Shown: in pieces, positions 10,237 to 20,759 of the stretch | Numbering within the stretch: the stretch's first letter is position 1 | Layout: every line of letters begins with the position of its first letter | DNA from: Strigamia acuminata | Taxonomy: Eukaryota | DNA length: 64,000 bases | Reading direction: 5' to 3' | Assembly: GCA_949358305.1 (NCBI GenBank) | Contig: OX442314.1 | Coordinates: 28,954,001 to 29,018,000, forward strand | The notes under the pieces: model-generated | Seen by the model: only the letters and a program-made list of their open reading frames with translations | What the model was told of the DNA's origin: nothing | Database searches by the model: none | Translations under genes and position numbers: made by a program

Positions 10237-11056
10237 TGTCGCGTCCTACTTGGTATAGGTTTAAATAGCGCTAACGTGTAATACTTTACCTGTGATCAAT
10301 TATGTAAATACCCAAATGAATACCAAATGTATGTAAATAAACAGGTAATTTATTCACCAGGCTTTATGCCTTTAAAATACACTCAGTAATAATTCTAGAG
10401 TCGACGTGGTCAGCGTCGAACAAAGGATTTCTCAAGATGGCGTCGTCGATTCCGCGTGGTCGGCGGAACAAAGGCGGCGTCTCGAGTTGTCGTTAATTCG
10501 TCACGGATTCGTCTTCACGGACGCGGTGGAATGCTCTTTCGAGTCTTCTATCCGTGCCTGTTGTCTAGGGTTTGTTTAGCGTCGCAGAGGCCTCGTCTAG
10601 GAACTTTGGGGTTCCCTACAAAGCACTCGGACACTTACTTCGGCGAATAATCGTCTGGGCGATTATTCTGGGTGATTTCACAAGGGCTATTCTCGTGCTT
10701 TCGCAGGAATAGCTCGCAAGTGACTTCGTGAGAGTTACAGTTTGCACTTTACTCAGCGATCCTCGATCAATCCTAACTTGTAGTTGAAGTTGGCCTGACG
10801 GTGAGGTAGTTGCTGTGTTCTTGGTGTCGTTTGTGTAAGTTCTGTCTTTAGGCGGGAAACACAGCCTTTTATGCAGTGGGGTGAAGGGCCGGCGATCAAC
10901 CAATGGGGGCTGACCACCAGCCGCTTCCTCCCCGTCGGGGCACACACCTGCCATGGGGAGGTGGAGCCAACTCGGGGGGGAACGACTCTTTAATCATAGT
11001 GACTCATAGGACAAGTATCCGCCCTGGGGGGACACTTATCCAACTGGGTCACCACA
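10237..11056 (-). repeat. 5' LTR of element 1 (820 bp)
   Basis: Minus strand starts TGTGGTGA (same as element-2 LTR) and ends ..CGACA next to the PBS; partner LTR not in window. Confidence 0.8.
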
Positions 11057-11083
11057 GATTGAATAGCAATTATACGATTGCAG

Positions 11084-11969
11084 ATGAGAAAATGGAGTAC
11101 AAAGGTCCATTCACATTTCTTAGTTTGGGCTGGAACACCGTTGAGGCTCCCTATGATGTACCAAGTCTCTTAGTAACGTTGAACGATGAAAACATAAAAC
11201 AGAAAATGAAATATAAAATGTCACATTTACCTTGCAGTTCTCTCTCCACGGTGATGCATTCCGGCATGTCTATGACGGCCTTGTAGTAGCTGAAGAAGCC
11301 AAAGTCAATTTTCAAACAGAATTCCGAATATTTGAAAAAGAGGTGCAGTAACACAATTTTAAAAAAGAAATTAACGCTTTTCAATACGAATCCAAATTTT
11401 AGTTTAAGAATTTGAATTTACCTCGCAATCCCTGTGCACCGGCAGAAGAAGTTACAACCTGCATAACTAATTGCTTGGACAAATTACTAGAAAAGGAGTT
11501 AACTTGTAGGTAAGATTCCAATGCATGTAGGTTAGAACTGTTTCATCCGGATGTGTATACGAAATCTTTCACTTTCTTTGTCAGATTACCATTTTTCAAT
11601 GCCACACTACCACGCTGCACCAGTTTTAATGAAACTGAGAAAGCATTTTTGACTGGTTGGAAAGCAGCAATCGAAATGGTCGAAAATGTTAAACCTTGTC
11701 AGTGTAAACGTAAATGTAACGAGTTCAAATACACAGTGTATAAGGAAACGCAGGAAAAAGATGATAAATCAAACAGAACAGAGTTGTTTTTCCGTTTTTC
11801 AGCGGAAACACACGAAACGATTACAGAGCGCCAACTGTTTTCGGTTTCAGCTTTGTTCAGTGACATTGGTGGAACCCTCGGTTTATACCTTGGCATAAGT
11901 ATTTTCACAATTGCTGATCTCATTAGCTTTCTTGCCCGACTTTCAATTTCCAAGTTTAAACGTTTCTAA
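11084..11969 (+). CDS. DEG/ENaC (pickpocket/ASIC-like) channel gene A, last four exons (11084-11172, 11238-11342, 11403-11509, 11585-11969)
   Basis: GT-AG introns in consistent phase; Cys-rich thumb (NPC..C..C..C.LPF..C..CQCKRKC) and TM2 SDIGGTLGLYLGISIFT with GxS filter; AATAAA ~130 nt after the stop. Confidence 0.88.
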
Positions 11970-12503
11970 AATGATTAATACCGCTTAGGTTAAGCTTTCA
12001 GTAAGCCACATGACATCTAGATCAATCTTAGCACTATCATTTAATATTCTCAAATTGTATCTCTTTGTCCGTATGTTTCTGCACAATACAATGTAGGAAA
12101 TAAAGTAAATGAAATAAATGAATTAACTGACTCATCATTGAATGCGCCTAACATAAATAAAATATTAATTTTTCTAACGCGCAGTTATGCGCCTGGTCCT
12201 GAGTATCCAGGTCCTGTTGATCAGGATTTTTATAATTCCTGTGTCCATGTCATCTCATTGGAGATGGACGACCATTCATGATTGTGATGTTTAAATCTGT
12301 GTCTTTTATTCAAGAGTTCACTAGATGGCACTGTCAATCAAATATCACAATACAGTCTGTCAAAATAATTACGTTTAGTTAATTAGGAGTGGTCTTGAGA
12401 AGTATAACAGTTTCTATCTAACTTTAATCAGGATCGATACCGAATCGACGTCGTCCGACTTATCTCGACTCACAATCATTTTTGCAAAGAAATGATTAAA
12501 TAT

Positions 12504-13462
12504 TGCTGCGATCCGGGTTTTTATCCACTTAATTTCTAATAAATTAAGCAGAAACCGCAGGTGAATGCTTTACAAGACTTATATCGCGGCCGAAACTTGT
12601 CTAGGGTTAAGTTTACGGAAATAGGAATAAAAAGACAGTTTATTATGGTAATAAAAATCACACAAATGTTTTATTCGATAAATTACAATATATACTAATT
12701 ATGATTGTGAATATCACAGAATAAAATGAGCGGGAAACAATGAAACAAAGGAAGGGCTTGCAACGACTGTTGCAAGCTACAAAGCGTCAGAAATGGCGCT
12801 TAAACAACTTGAAGTTGTTAGGCGAAGGCAAATTGTCTTCGTTCTACGAACTCACGAACGATGGTCGAAGACGATGGTTCTCGTGGGCTCCTTCTACGGC
12901 TCGTGCGACGGCTCGGCGGCGGTGGTTGACGGCTGTAGGCGTCCGGCTTTCGTACGATGGCGGTGGCTGTCGTTCGCGCAACAGCGACGGCGATGGTTCA
13001 CGATCGTCGGGAATCTTCTCTTCTCGATTGCTGGAATTAGCGACGGCTAATTCAAGCAGGATTGCTGGCTTTGTGCGTTTGATACACAAAGATAGCAGGT
13101 GAAACTGAGTTACAACGGTCCTCTATCAATACTTTTCTTTCAGGAGCAAAAGCAGTGATGTTGAGGTTGTTGTTGTATTTTTCAGAGTCTCGATTTGAGC
13201 CAAGACGCGAGCCCAGCACGCTTCAATATTGCGCAGAAAACCTGCGCACTTAGCTCAAATGGGTGCAACTAGTGGTTATTACACCATATTGCACCATAAC
13301 GGCTAATAACCGTTTTCACCCCGGACAACCTGGGGTGATATGTGCCTAGAGAGGATTTCTCCCCTCGGTCACATGATCTGACTTGGCGTGTGCCACAGTC
13401 AAATTAATTAGAAGATAATTAATTTAATCTTCTAAGTTGGTGAATATTTTGAGATCACCACA
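12504..13462 (-). repeat. 3' LTR of element 2
   Basis: Direct repeat of 23885-24843 (offset 11,381); preceded on - by the purine tract AAATGGGGGGATG (PPT, ~13463-13475). Confidence 0.97.
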
Positions 13463-13514
13463 CATCCCCCCATTTAAGACGAATCTTACATGGAGAGAAA
13501 ATGAACGAACCAAT

Positions 13515-16310
13515 TTATGATTCGTCCATGGTCTGAGTTCGCTCAGGCGTCAACGGGCGCATCATATCCGTGGTGTCGTCCCTCGGGTTGGACCGCTCGT
13601 TAACCGTACACAGGTCGCGACCTGCGTTTGGTCCGGAGACCATTCCAGGGTTGACATGAAGCCAAACCTGGATGATTCTTGCCGAGTTCGCTCGGTTGAA
13701 GAATCCTAGCGCCGCGAACTCGATTGGATCCTCTGGCGCTAATCGTGCTCTCAGGAGTCGATCATGGAGCACCGATGGTGGGCTTAACACCCGGATGTGG
13801 TCCTCGAGCCACATAAACACCTGCCTCGACAACTTGTGGTTGTTGCTAAGCAGTGTTCGCGTATCCGGCGTCAAATAGAAGTGCGGATACAGGCGCATTA
13901 GGGTCTTGAAAGCCGACTCTTTTTTCAGCGGCTTGACCTTCGTCTCCGGCTTGGCTGGCGGCGGCGGCGGCGGACGTGAGTCTTCCGTCGTGGCATCGTC
14001 AAACTGGCACTGCGGGCCCAAGAAAACCAACGCGGGTGCGGAGGTTGACGAGGGTGTGACGCCTCGTCCCGGTGCTCGACCCACACCGGGGAGCTGACGG
14101 GTTTCGACTACCCGTTGAACTCCGGCTGGAGTTTGAGAACTTCCGGCGTTCTCTGGCCAAAATGAACATCCAGCGCCCTCTTGGGCCGACTGGAAAACAG
14201 CCAGTGACGCAGCTGCTGTGGCGCTTGTAACTGGAAGCGGTGGTCTTCCGGTCATTCGCGCCGTGGCCTTCGCAAAGGACCACTCGGTTCGCAACCGAAC
14301 GGCGGCCTCTTCTTCGGTCTCACCGTTTGCTACGACTTGCTTTATTAGCTCGGCTAAGATCGTAGGCGGGTCGAGCCTGAGGTGGTACCACAGCTCGACT
14401 TTCTTCTCCGACAGGCCCATCGGCGCGGTCCAAAGGTACGTTATGGCCGCTAACGCCTGTCCTGGCGAAGGAAGAACACCAGGGTACAACACCCTAGTCA
14501 TCCCCGGAATTAGCTGACGCTGAAAATCCATCAGACGGGGATCATCAATGGTATTGATGTCGGAGACTTCTAGCCTTTCAGCTAGTCTCTGCCAGTCCTT
14601 CTGCGACTCGGCGATCTGGGCGCTTTGGTATGCGTCCAGCTTCTGGAGCACTTCCTGCTGTGCTCTAATGGGTTGCTGCTCGTAGCAGGTCCATTGTGGG
14701 CCGAATGACTCACTAAAAAATGGCCGGAGTTGCAGGTTGCTAACTCCAGCCGGCAAGCGGGAAACATATCCTTGTTCGGGCAAGCGGCTAGCATGTCCAG
14801 GTACTGGCACGCTACAGTCGGGAGAAATATCACCGACAACACGTCTCATGGCGTATGGAGTAGCCGAGTTGTCCACTTTGAACGTGGAGGCGGTTCGGCT
14901 ACTTCGGGCGGACTTAATTGTGGAGTCCGATTCAAAACTCAGCGAAGACGACGAGCCAAACGACTCTGGTGTCCGTCCTCGTCGCGACTGCGGGCGTGAT
15001 GGCTGCGCGTCAGTCGAATATGGGCGTGATCGCTTCTGACGTTCCTCTCGATCGCGGCTTGATTCGCGGAACATCGGTCGGACTGGAACCGGCGGAGGGA
15101 GTTGCCCCACCCTCAAATCCTCGTCTTGCGGCGGAGGATTGATGGCCGCTGGGGCCGGAATTTCATCTTCTTGATAAAAAGGGAGAGCGCAACGCGCTTG
15201 CTCCTCTGCCTCGTGTTCTCGAGCCAGTTGTCGATTTTCGTCGACGCGAAGCTGCACCGCGGCAGCTCGGAGTGCTTTGGACGGGAAAAATCCCGGAAAA
15301 TCGTTAAAACACCCGGCGAGCGCCAACTGGTGGAGCTCGGTTTGTGTGACGGGAAGTTGTGGGTTCCCGTCACGAACGGATTTGCGATACCGTTTAACGA
15401 CTTCGCGTTGTGTCGTCTTGAGGTTCTTCCTCAATTGGGTTAGAGCACCGTAATTAATTCCGGTACTCTTTAGCGCTCTTCTGCGCTCGTGACGCTCTCG
15501 TGGCGTCACTGGCCACTGGTTGTGCAGCAACTCTGCTGCAAGCGGTCCTGGGGGGCTCTCGTCGAGCGTCCACTCGATTTCGTCGACACCGTCCACGTGA
15601 AGGCGCTCGATGAATCTTCCTTTTGCACCAAATCCTTGCAGCGCTGATCTGCTGAAGTCGTGGCGCAACTTCCACCAGGTATTGTTTGCCGTCTTCAGTC
15701 TTCTGATTTTTTCGGGCAATGCCGCTCGAAAAATCAGCGGGTGCTGAGTCGGCACGTGATCGGGAAGCGCGAATGGCGTTTCTCGATCCCTCTCGATCTG
15801 TATTCGAAGAAAAATAAATAAATTAGTTTATTTAAAAATAAACAAATAATTTCTTATTTGAAATATTTTTTAAGCTTAGCGCTTGTGGCTGTGAGTCACT
15901 AAGGGATGTTGGTTGTCATGGCAACTCCCTTCGCACATGCTTGAAGCACGTGACTTTTATAGCCGCCATTTTTATTTTTTAGCGGCTTGTGTTTGAAGTC
16001 AGGAAAAGTGAAATTACTCAATTTTTCTGACTTAAACACTTGGTAAAAATTTATTCTAATAATTTACCCGTTGTTGAAGCGTCAATTGAACGTCTTCATT
16101 TGCCCCTTCCATGGGCATTTCTCCGTCCGCCTGGAGTTGGATCGCTTCCTCGTCCATTCTCTTTCGTTTTCCGGTAATTTCGGAAATTCTTTCGTCTTGA
16201 AAGAGAAATAATACATAAATCTTATGTTTTATCAAATTTTTCATACAGAAAAATTACTTACGATCAGGTTGTCGAACTATTCGGGTCGTAACGTAGGCGA
16301 TGCGATGCAT
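13515..16310 (-). CDS. Accessory ORF3 of element 2: predicted 3 exons (16310-16262, 16195-16068, 15797-13515), ~819 aa, unknown function, not Env-like
   Basis: ATG at 16310; GTAAGT donor (phase 1) matches tttcAAG acceptor (phase 1); GTAAAT donor (phase 0) matches taCAG acceptor (phase 0), giving MHRIAYVTTRIVRQPDHERISEITGKRKR..QQR-IERDRETPFALPDHVPTQHPLIFRAALP..; no signal peptide or TM helix evident. Confidence 0.82.
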
Positions 16311-16329
16311 ACACTCTCGAAACTTTTGA

Positions 16330-16450
16330 AAAAGTGACTAAGTTCGTTGATTGCAAACACGAACTTGGATTAGAGACGCTTTGTGACGTCACTAATTATA
16401 ACGTATGATTAACGTTGTCATTCGAGTGGGTACTACGAATGACGTCACGA
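16330..16450 (-). promoter_or_regulatory. Candidate internal promoter for ORF3
   Basis: Two TGACGTCA (CRE/ATF) palindromes at 16384 and 16440; TTAGTC initiator-like motif ~30 nt before the ATG. Confidence 0.35.
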
Positions 16451-16499
16451 GATTGCTTTCTCGGATCTTTTGGGTAAACCCAAAAGGTGAAAGACAACA

Positions 16500-19400
16500 C
16501 TATGTCTTGGCTCGCGGAACGCGAGATCTCAAGTTGTACTTTGACTTTCGCGAAGTACAATCCAACTTGTTTAGATTGTCATCAGCATCGTCTCCAATGT
16601 CAGATGAGTTATATACTTCATTGTTTGAAATTTTCTCTTTTTCTAAAAACATTTCCTTTTCTAGATTTTCATCAAGAGAAACATTTTCAAGTCGCTGGTT
16701 TATTTCATCGACTTCGTTATTTTTGAGTTTCGATTTTTTACTCGATTCCGTGTTTTCGACAGGAATTTTGGATAATTTAGCATCATCCAAGGTATTAACA
16801 ATATTTTTTGTTTTTTGACCCACTTCCTCCCCTTCCAGCCAAATTTCTTGGTTGAAAACGGGAAAGTACGGCATTAATTCAGTGCCGTGAACAGCTGGAT
16901 AAATTTTATTATCACTCAGCCGTCGAAGTTGAAAGGCGCCTCCTTGTAACCTTTTGATAATTACATAAGGCCCATTCCTTTTCGGTGAAATGCCTGCTGC
17001 TATTCCTTTAGCGGCATTTGAGAGAATATGAGACTCTCGCCAGACTAAATCATTTTGTCTGAAGTTGTCGAATTTCTTATCTGATTTTTCAGCTTCGACA
17101 CGGCGTCTCAAATCTAAGACGTGAGACATCATATGCTGATACGTCTCTGCAATTATTGTTTCTAATTTCTGAACATATAAATGCGGATTTTTTGGATCAA
17201 TGACTAAAATTCCTTCCGGAATTCTTGGATCCCAAGGAATTCTTAATTCTCGGAAAAAATTTAAGAAAGCAGGAGAATAATCTCTGCCTCTTGTTACAGT
17301 TGTTCTCAAACTGAATGCAAATTCGCGTAGATACTCATCCCATTGGTCATGAATATCTAAATAAATCGAAACTAAATATTTAATATCTCGATTGGTTCTC
17401 TCCACAGGATTGCTTTGTGGATGATAAATCGATGTCGGTGTTCGCGACATGTCGAATTTTTTGCAAAATTCTTTATAGACCTGTGATCGAAATTGTGGTC
17501 CATTATCACTTATGATTTGTCTCGGAAATCCGAAAGTCATTGATAAGTGATAAATTGTGTTGGCAACTTTTATTGCCGTTGGATTACACATTGGAAATAA
17601 TTCGGGCCAATGTGTAGCGACATCTACGATGACGCAAATGTGGGTATTGTTTTTTCTGGTTCTTGGTTTGGGACCAGACAAATCCACACTGAGGCAGTCA
17701 AATGGTCCAAATGGTCCAATTTGAGCGCCTTCAATTTCGGTCTTTGATCTCGGCTTACATGCCTGACATCCTTGACAATGTTGAATAAAACGTGTAATAT
17801 CACGTTTCATACCTTTCCAGGTATAAACTCTTCGAGTTCGGTACATTGTCCTCGCAATGCCTGGGTGGCCGGACAGTGGATGTCCGTGCATCAACCAAAT
17901 GATTTTATAAATCAATTTTCTTGGCACAACAACTTTAAGTGCCCTACCATCCTCTCCCAATTCATCGGTGGAGGTAGGATGATAATGGAGTAGCATATCT
18001 TCTTCAATGAGATAAGTACTCGCGTGTCTTTCAAAGTTTCTTCTTTGAAGACGAGTTACTATGTAACTTGGATATTGCTTGTTTAGCAAGTAATTGCGAA
18101 TATGTTGGCAAAATTCGTCTGCTTTTTGCGCTGCAATAATGTCATCTCTCGTTGGAGGATCACATTCTAATTGCTTCGCAATTTTAGCTGCAAATGCTTT
18201 AATTAAAACATTTGTTGTTGGCAGCTCGAATTTTTTAGCCATCATAGCTCTTAATTCGACGTCAGGGGTTCCTGACGGATCATGCATGTTAATACAAAAA
18301 TTAATTAATGCTTGATCGTCGTCATTAACTATTATTGACTTGGGTAATTCGTTCAATTTTCCCATTTGCCAACTTCGGCAAGGAGATGGACAATATGATA
18401 ATAAATCATCATTATCGCCATCGTCTTCTGGTTCGTCAGGTGCGCTGACAGGTGCACGTGACAATGCGTCTGCTATTACATTTAGCGGACCTTTGACGTA
18501 TTGTATTTCGAACGAATACGCCATCAGCTCCATTTGCCAACGAGCTAATCTGCCCGACGGGTCAGATAACGACATCAACCACCTAAGTGCTTGGTGATCC
18601 GTTTGTACAGTGAATGTAGTGTACTCTAAGTATGGGCGAAATTTGCGTAATCCCCATACTACTGCGAGACATTCTAATTCTGTCACAGTATAATTCTTTT
18701 CAGCGGGTTGCAAGCTTCTGCTTGCATACACGCATGGCATTTCGACTTCTTGGCCATCCACATTTTTCTTTTGTGTAAGGGCTGCACCCAACCCTTGTTT
18801 ACTGGCGTCAGTATGAACAATAAATGGCATGTACAAGTCAGGCATCTTCATTGTTTCAGCATTCGTAAGCAGGTCTTTTATTGCGTCGAATGCTGCTTGA
18901 TGATGCAGTTCCCAATCGAACTCCGCATCTTTCTTCAAGAGTGGCCTTAGTGGTTCTGCCACTGTGGCCAAATTCTTGATTAGGCGGTGAAAGAAATTCA
19001 CCATGCCTAGAAATCTTTGTAATTCCTTAAGATTGGTAGGAGCAGGAAATTGCGTAATTGCAGCGACTTTTTTAGGGTCTACTGCAAGTCCTTCTACTCC
19101 TACTTTGTAGCCTAGAAAAATTAATTCCTTTCTACAGAGATGCGTCTTGCCAGGGTGCGCATGTAAATTAGCTTCTGCCAATTTTTTAAACACTATATCT
19201 AAATGTTTAATGTGTTCTTCGAACGATTTGGATACAATAATTATGTCATCCAAATATGCCCATGCAAATTTTCTGTAAACGTCACCCAAAACTTTTTCCA
19301 TTAATTCTTGGAAGGTAGTTGGTGCGTTTACTAATCCGAAAGGCATGACTAAAAACATTAGTCTTCCCATTGGGCTCCAGAAGGCAGTTTTTTCTCTGTC

Positions 19401-20759
19401 TTCAGGTCGCAATTCTATCTGCCAATATCCCTTGGTCAGATCTATAGTACTGACCCATTCGAATTCTCCGATTTCTCGCAGAATTTCCTCAATTGTTGGC
19501 ATTTGAGGTGGGTTGTACTTAGTATGTGTATTGATGGGGCGAAAATCAATGCACAAGCGTGGGTCGTTTCCTGGTCGCATGACTAGGACTGGCCGCATTC
19601 CGTAATCGCCTTCAGCTTTGACGACTACGCCTTTGTCAATCATGTCTTGACAAAGTTGTCTGATTATTTCCCTTTTTTGAGGGTTTATGCTCTTAAAGGG
19701 GACACGGATGGGTTTCTCCGTGTCAAGCTCAATTTTGTGCTTAACCAGGTGTGTTTTACCTGGATCTTTAGAAATAATCCTTTTATGTTTGGATAACATC
19801 TTTTCTAATAATTTGGATTGCTCCAAATTTAAGTTAGCTTCTTCGACTAACTTTTGGATGAAATTCTCTTCATCAATTTTGCCTTGAGTTACACTTGCAG
19901 CGTAAGCTTTTGCAAAGGTCATAAATGAGGAATCGGGTTCCTCTATTTTCTCCAAATAACGATCCAGCAACGCTTGTGGAATGTAGGGTAAATCTGCATC
20001 CATAGGTTGCGTGAAATTCCAAGACATCGTCTGTGGATTAGGTTGGATTTTTAATTTATTCATAAAATCGCAACCCAATAGTACCATTGGATACTTATTT
20101 GGTATTACGATGAACGGATGACGTAACGTGCCATGTGTCCATCGAAATGAAAGATGGATGGTTCCATCTGGAGTGACTTCTTCACTTGCCGTCGTAACTC
20201 TGACACCAGGTCCGATAGGTCGTAGATATTTTTCTAGACCTAGTTGATTAATAACTGAAGTGGCTAGGAAGCTTTTATTTGCTCCTGAGTCCAACATTCC
20301 GGTTATTACACCTTTTAACGTTTCTAACTTTAACGTCGGAAGGTCTTGGCTGTTTGGTATTCCAGCCACTTTGCACTCAAACTTGCGCAATTTATGAGGA
20401 ATTGTAATTGGAGGCTCCAAAGGCAATTCATCTAATAACTCATTGGTATCAAGAGTTGTAGTTGCAAATAACTTAATGCATTCCTCAATTCCAGGTGTCT
20501 CTGGAACTGAGCTTGGTCTATCGTCTTTAACTTCGACTTTATCTTGAATATTGGAAGTGTCTTCTTCAGTCGGGGTTTCGCCGACAATCTCCTTTTTTAC
20601 ATCAAGAGATCCTTTTTCTTTTAGTTCTGTTTGACGAATTAATTCATCAATAACTTCTCCAACATCTTCCATTATCTTCAGATTTTCATTCTCTGATTCC
20701 GATTTCGGAGGTGACGCAGCGTCCACTAGACCTGATGGATCTGCGTCTACAAGTTTTTT
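16500..20759 (-). CDS. pol: Pol of element 2 (PR-RT-RH-IN), entered by -1 frameshift
   Basis: MLDSGA, AYLDD, HTDAS, HGHPLSGH..CQGC, VDLSGP/SDNG/NPVER, RNGPY. Confidence 0.96.
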   Translation of the reverse strand, partial: KKLVDADPSGLVDAASPPKSESENENLKIMEDVGEVIDELIRQTELKEKGSLDVKKEIVGETPTEEDTSNIQDKVEVKDDRPSSVPETPGIEECIKLFATTTLDTNELLDELPLEPPITIPHKLRKFECKVAGIPNSQDLPTLKLETLKGVITGMLDSGANKSFLATSVINQLGLEKYLRPIGPGVRVTTASEEVTPDGTIHLSFRWTHGTLRHPFIVIPNKYPMVLLGCDFMNKLKIQPNPQTMSWNFTQPMDADLPYIPQALLDRYLEKIEEPDSSFMTFAKAYAASVTQGKIDEENFIQKLVEEANLNLEQSKLLEKMLSKHKRIISKDPGKTHLVKHKIELDTEKPIRVPFKSINPQKREIIRQLCQDMIDKGVVVKAEGDYGMRPVLVMRPGNDPRLCIDFRPINTHTKYNPPQMPTIEEILREIGEFEWVSTIDLTKGYWQIELRPEDREKTAFWSPMGRLMFLVMPFGLVNAPTTFQELMEKVLGDVYRKFAWAYLDDIIIVSKSFEEHIKHLDIVFKKLAEANLHAHPGKTHLCRKELIFLGYKVGVEGLAVDPKKVAAITQFPAPTNLKELQRFLGMVNFFHRLIKNLATVAEPLRPLLKKDAEFDWELHHQAAFDAIKDLLTNAETMKMPDLYMPFIVHTDASKQGLGAALTQKKNVDGQEVEMPCVYASRSLQPAEKNYTVTELECLAVVWGLRKFRPYLEYTTFTVQTDHQALRWLMSLSDPSGRLARWQMELMAYSFEIQYVKGPLNVIADALSRAPVSAPDEPEDDGDNDDLLSYCPSPCRSWQMGKLNELPKSIIVNDDDQALINFCINMHDPSGTPDVELRAMMAKKFELPTTNVLIKAFAAKIAKQLECDPPTRDDIIAAQKADEFCQHIRNYLLNKQYPSYIVTRLQRRNFERHASTYLIEEDMLLHYHPTSTDELGEDGRALKVVVPRKLIYKIIWLMHGHPLSGHPGIARTMYRTRRVYTWKGMKRDITRFIQHCQGCQACKPRSKTEIEGAQIGPFGPFDCLSVDLSGPKPRTRKNNTHICVIVDVATHWPELFPMCNPTAIKVANTIYHLSMTFGFPRQIISDNGPQFRSQVYKEFCKKFDMSRTPTSIYHPQSNPVERTNRDIKYLVSIYLDIHDQWDEYLREFAFSLRTTVTRGRDYSPAFLNFFRELRIPWDPRIPEGILVIDPKNPHLYVQKLETIIAETYQHMMSHVLDLRRRVEAEKSDKKFDNFRQNDLVWRESHILSNAAKGIAAGISPKRNGPYVIIKRLQGGAFQLRRLSDNKIYPAVHGTELMPYFPVFNQEIWLEGEEVGQKTKNIVNTLDDAKLSKIPVENTESSKKSKLKNNEVDEINQRLENVSLDENLEKEMFLEKEKISNNEVYNSSDIGDDADDNLNKLDCTSRKSKYNLRSRVPRAKT
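20713..20759 (-). promoter_or_regulatory. -1 programmed ribosomal frameshift signal (element 2)
   Basis: A_AAA_AAC (20759-20753), 5-nt spacer, stem GACGCAG/CUGCGUC plus UCCA/UGGA; the -1 frame is open into pol. Confidence 0.85.

Larger units (their letters stand above)
1..11056 (-). mobile_element. Ty3/gypsy LTR retrotransposon, element 1 (5' LTR-PBS-gag-pol-ORF3; 3' end outside window), inserted in an intron of DEG/ENaC gene A
   Basis: LTR with TG..CA ends, tRNA-Pro PBS, gag with CCHC knuckle, pol in PR-RT-RH-IN order; host intron/exon sequence resumes at 11057 (ttgcag|atgagaaa at 11084, as in the paralog at 28029). Confidence 0.95.

Noticed and set aside
12740..13102. 120-aa ORF duplicated at 24121-24483
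   Set aside because: Antisense ORF within identical LTRs; the duplication is explained by the LTR, with no coding evidence
13515..15755. ORF3 as an envelope gene
   Set aside because: Occupies the env position but shows no signal peptide, hydrophobic TM anchor or Cys-rich ectodomain
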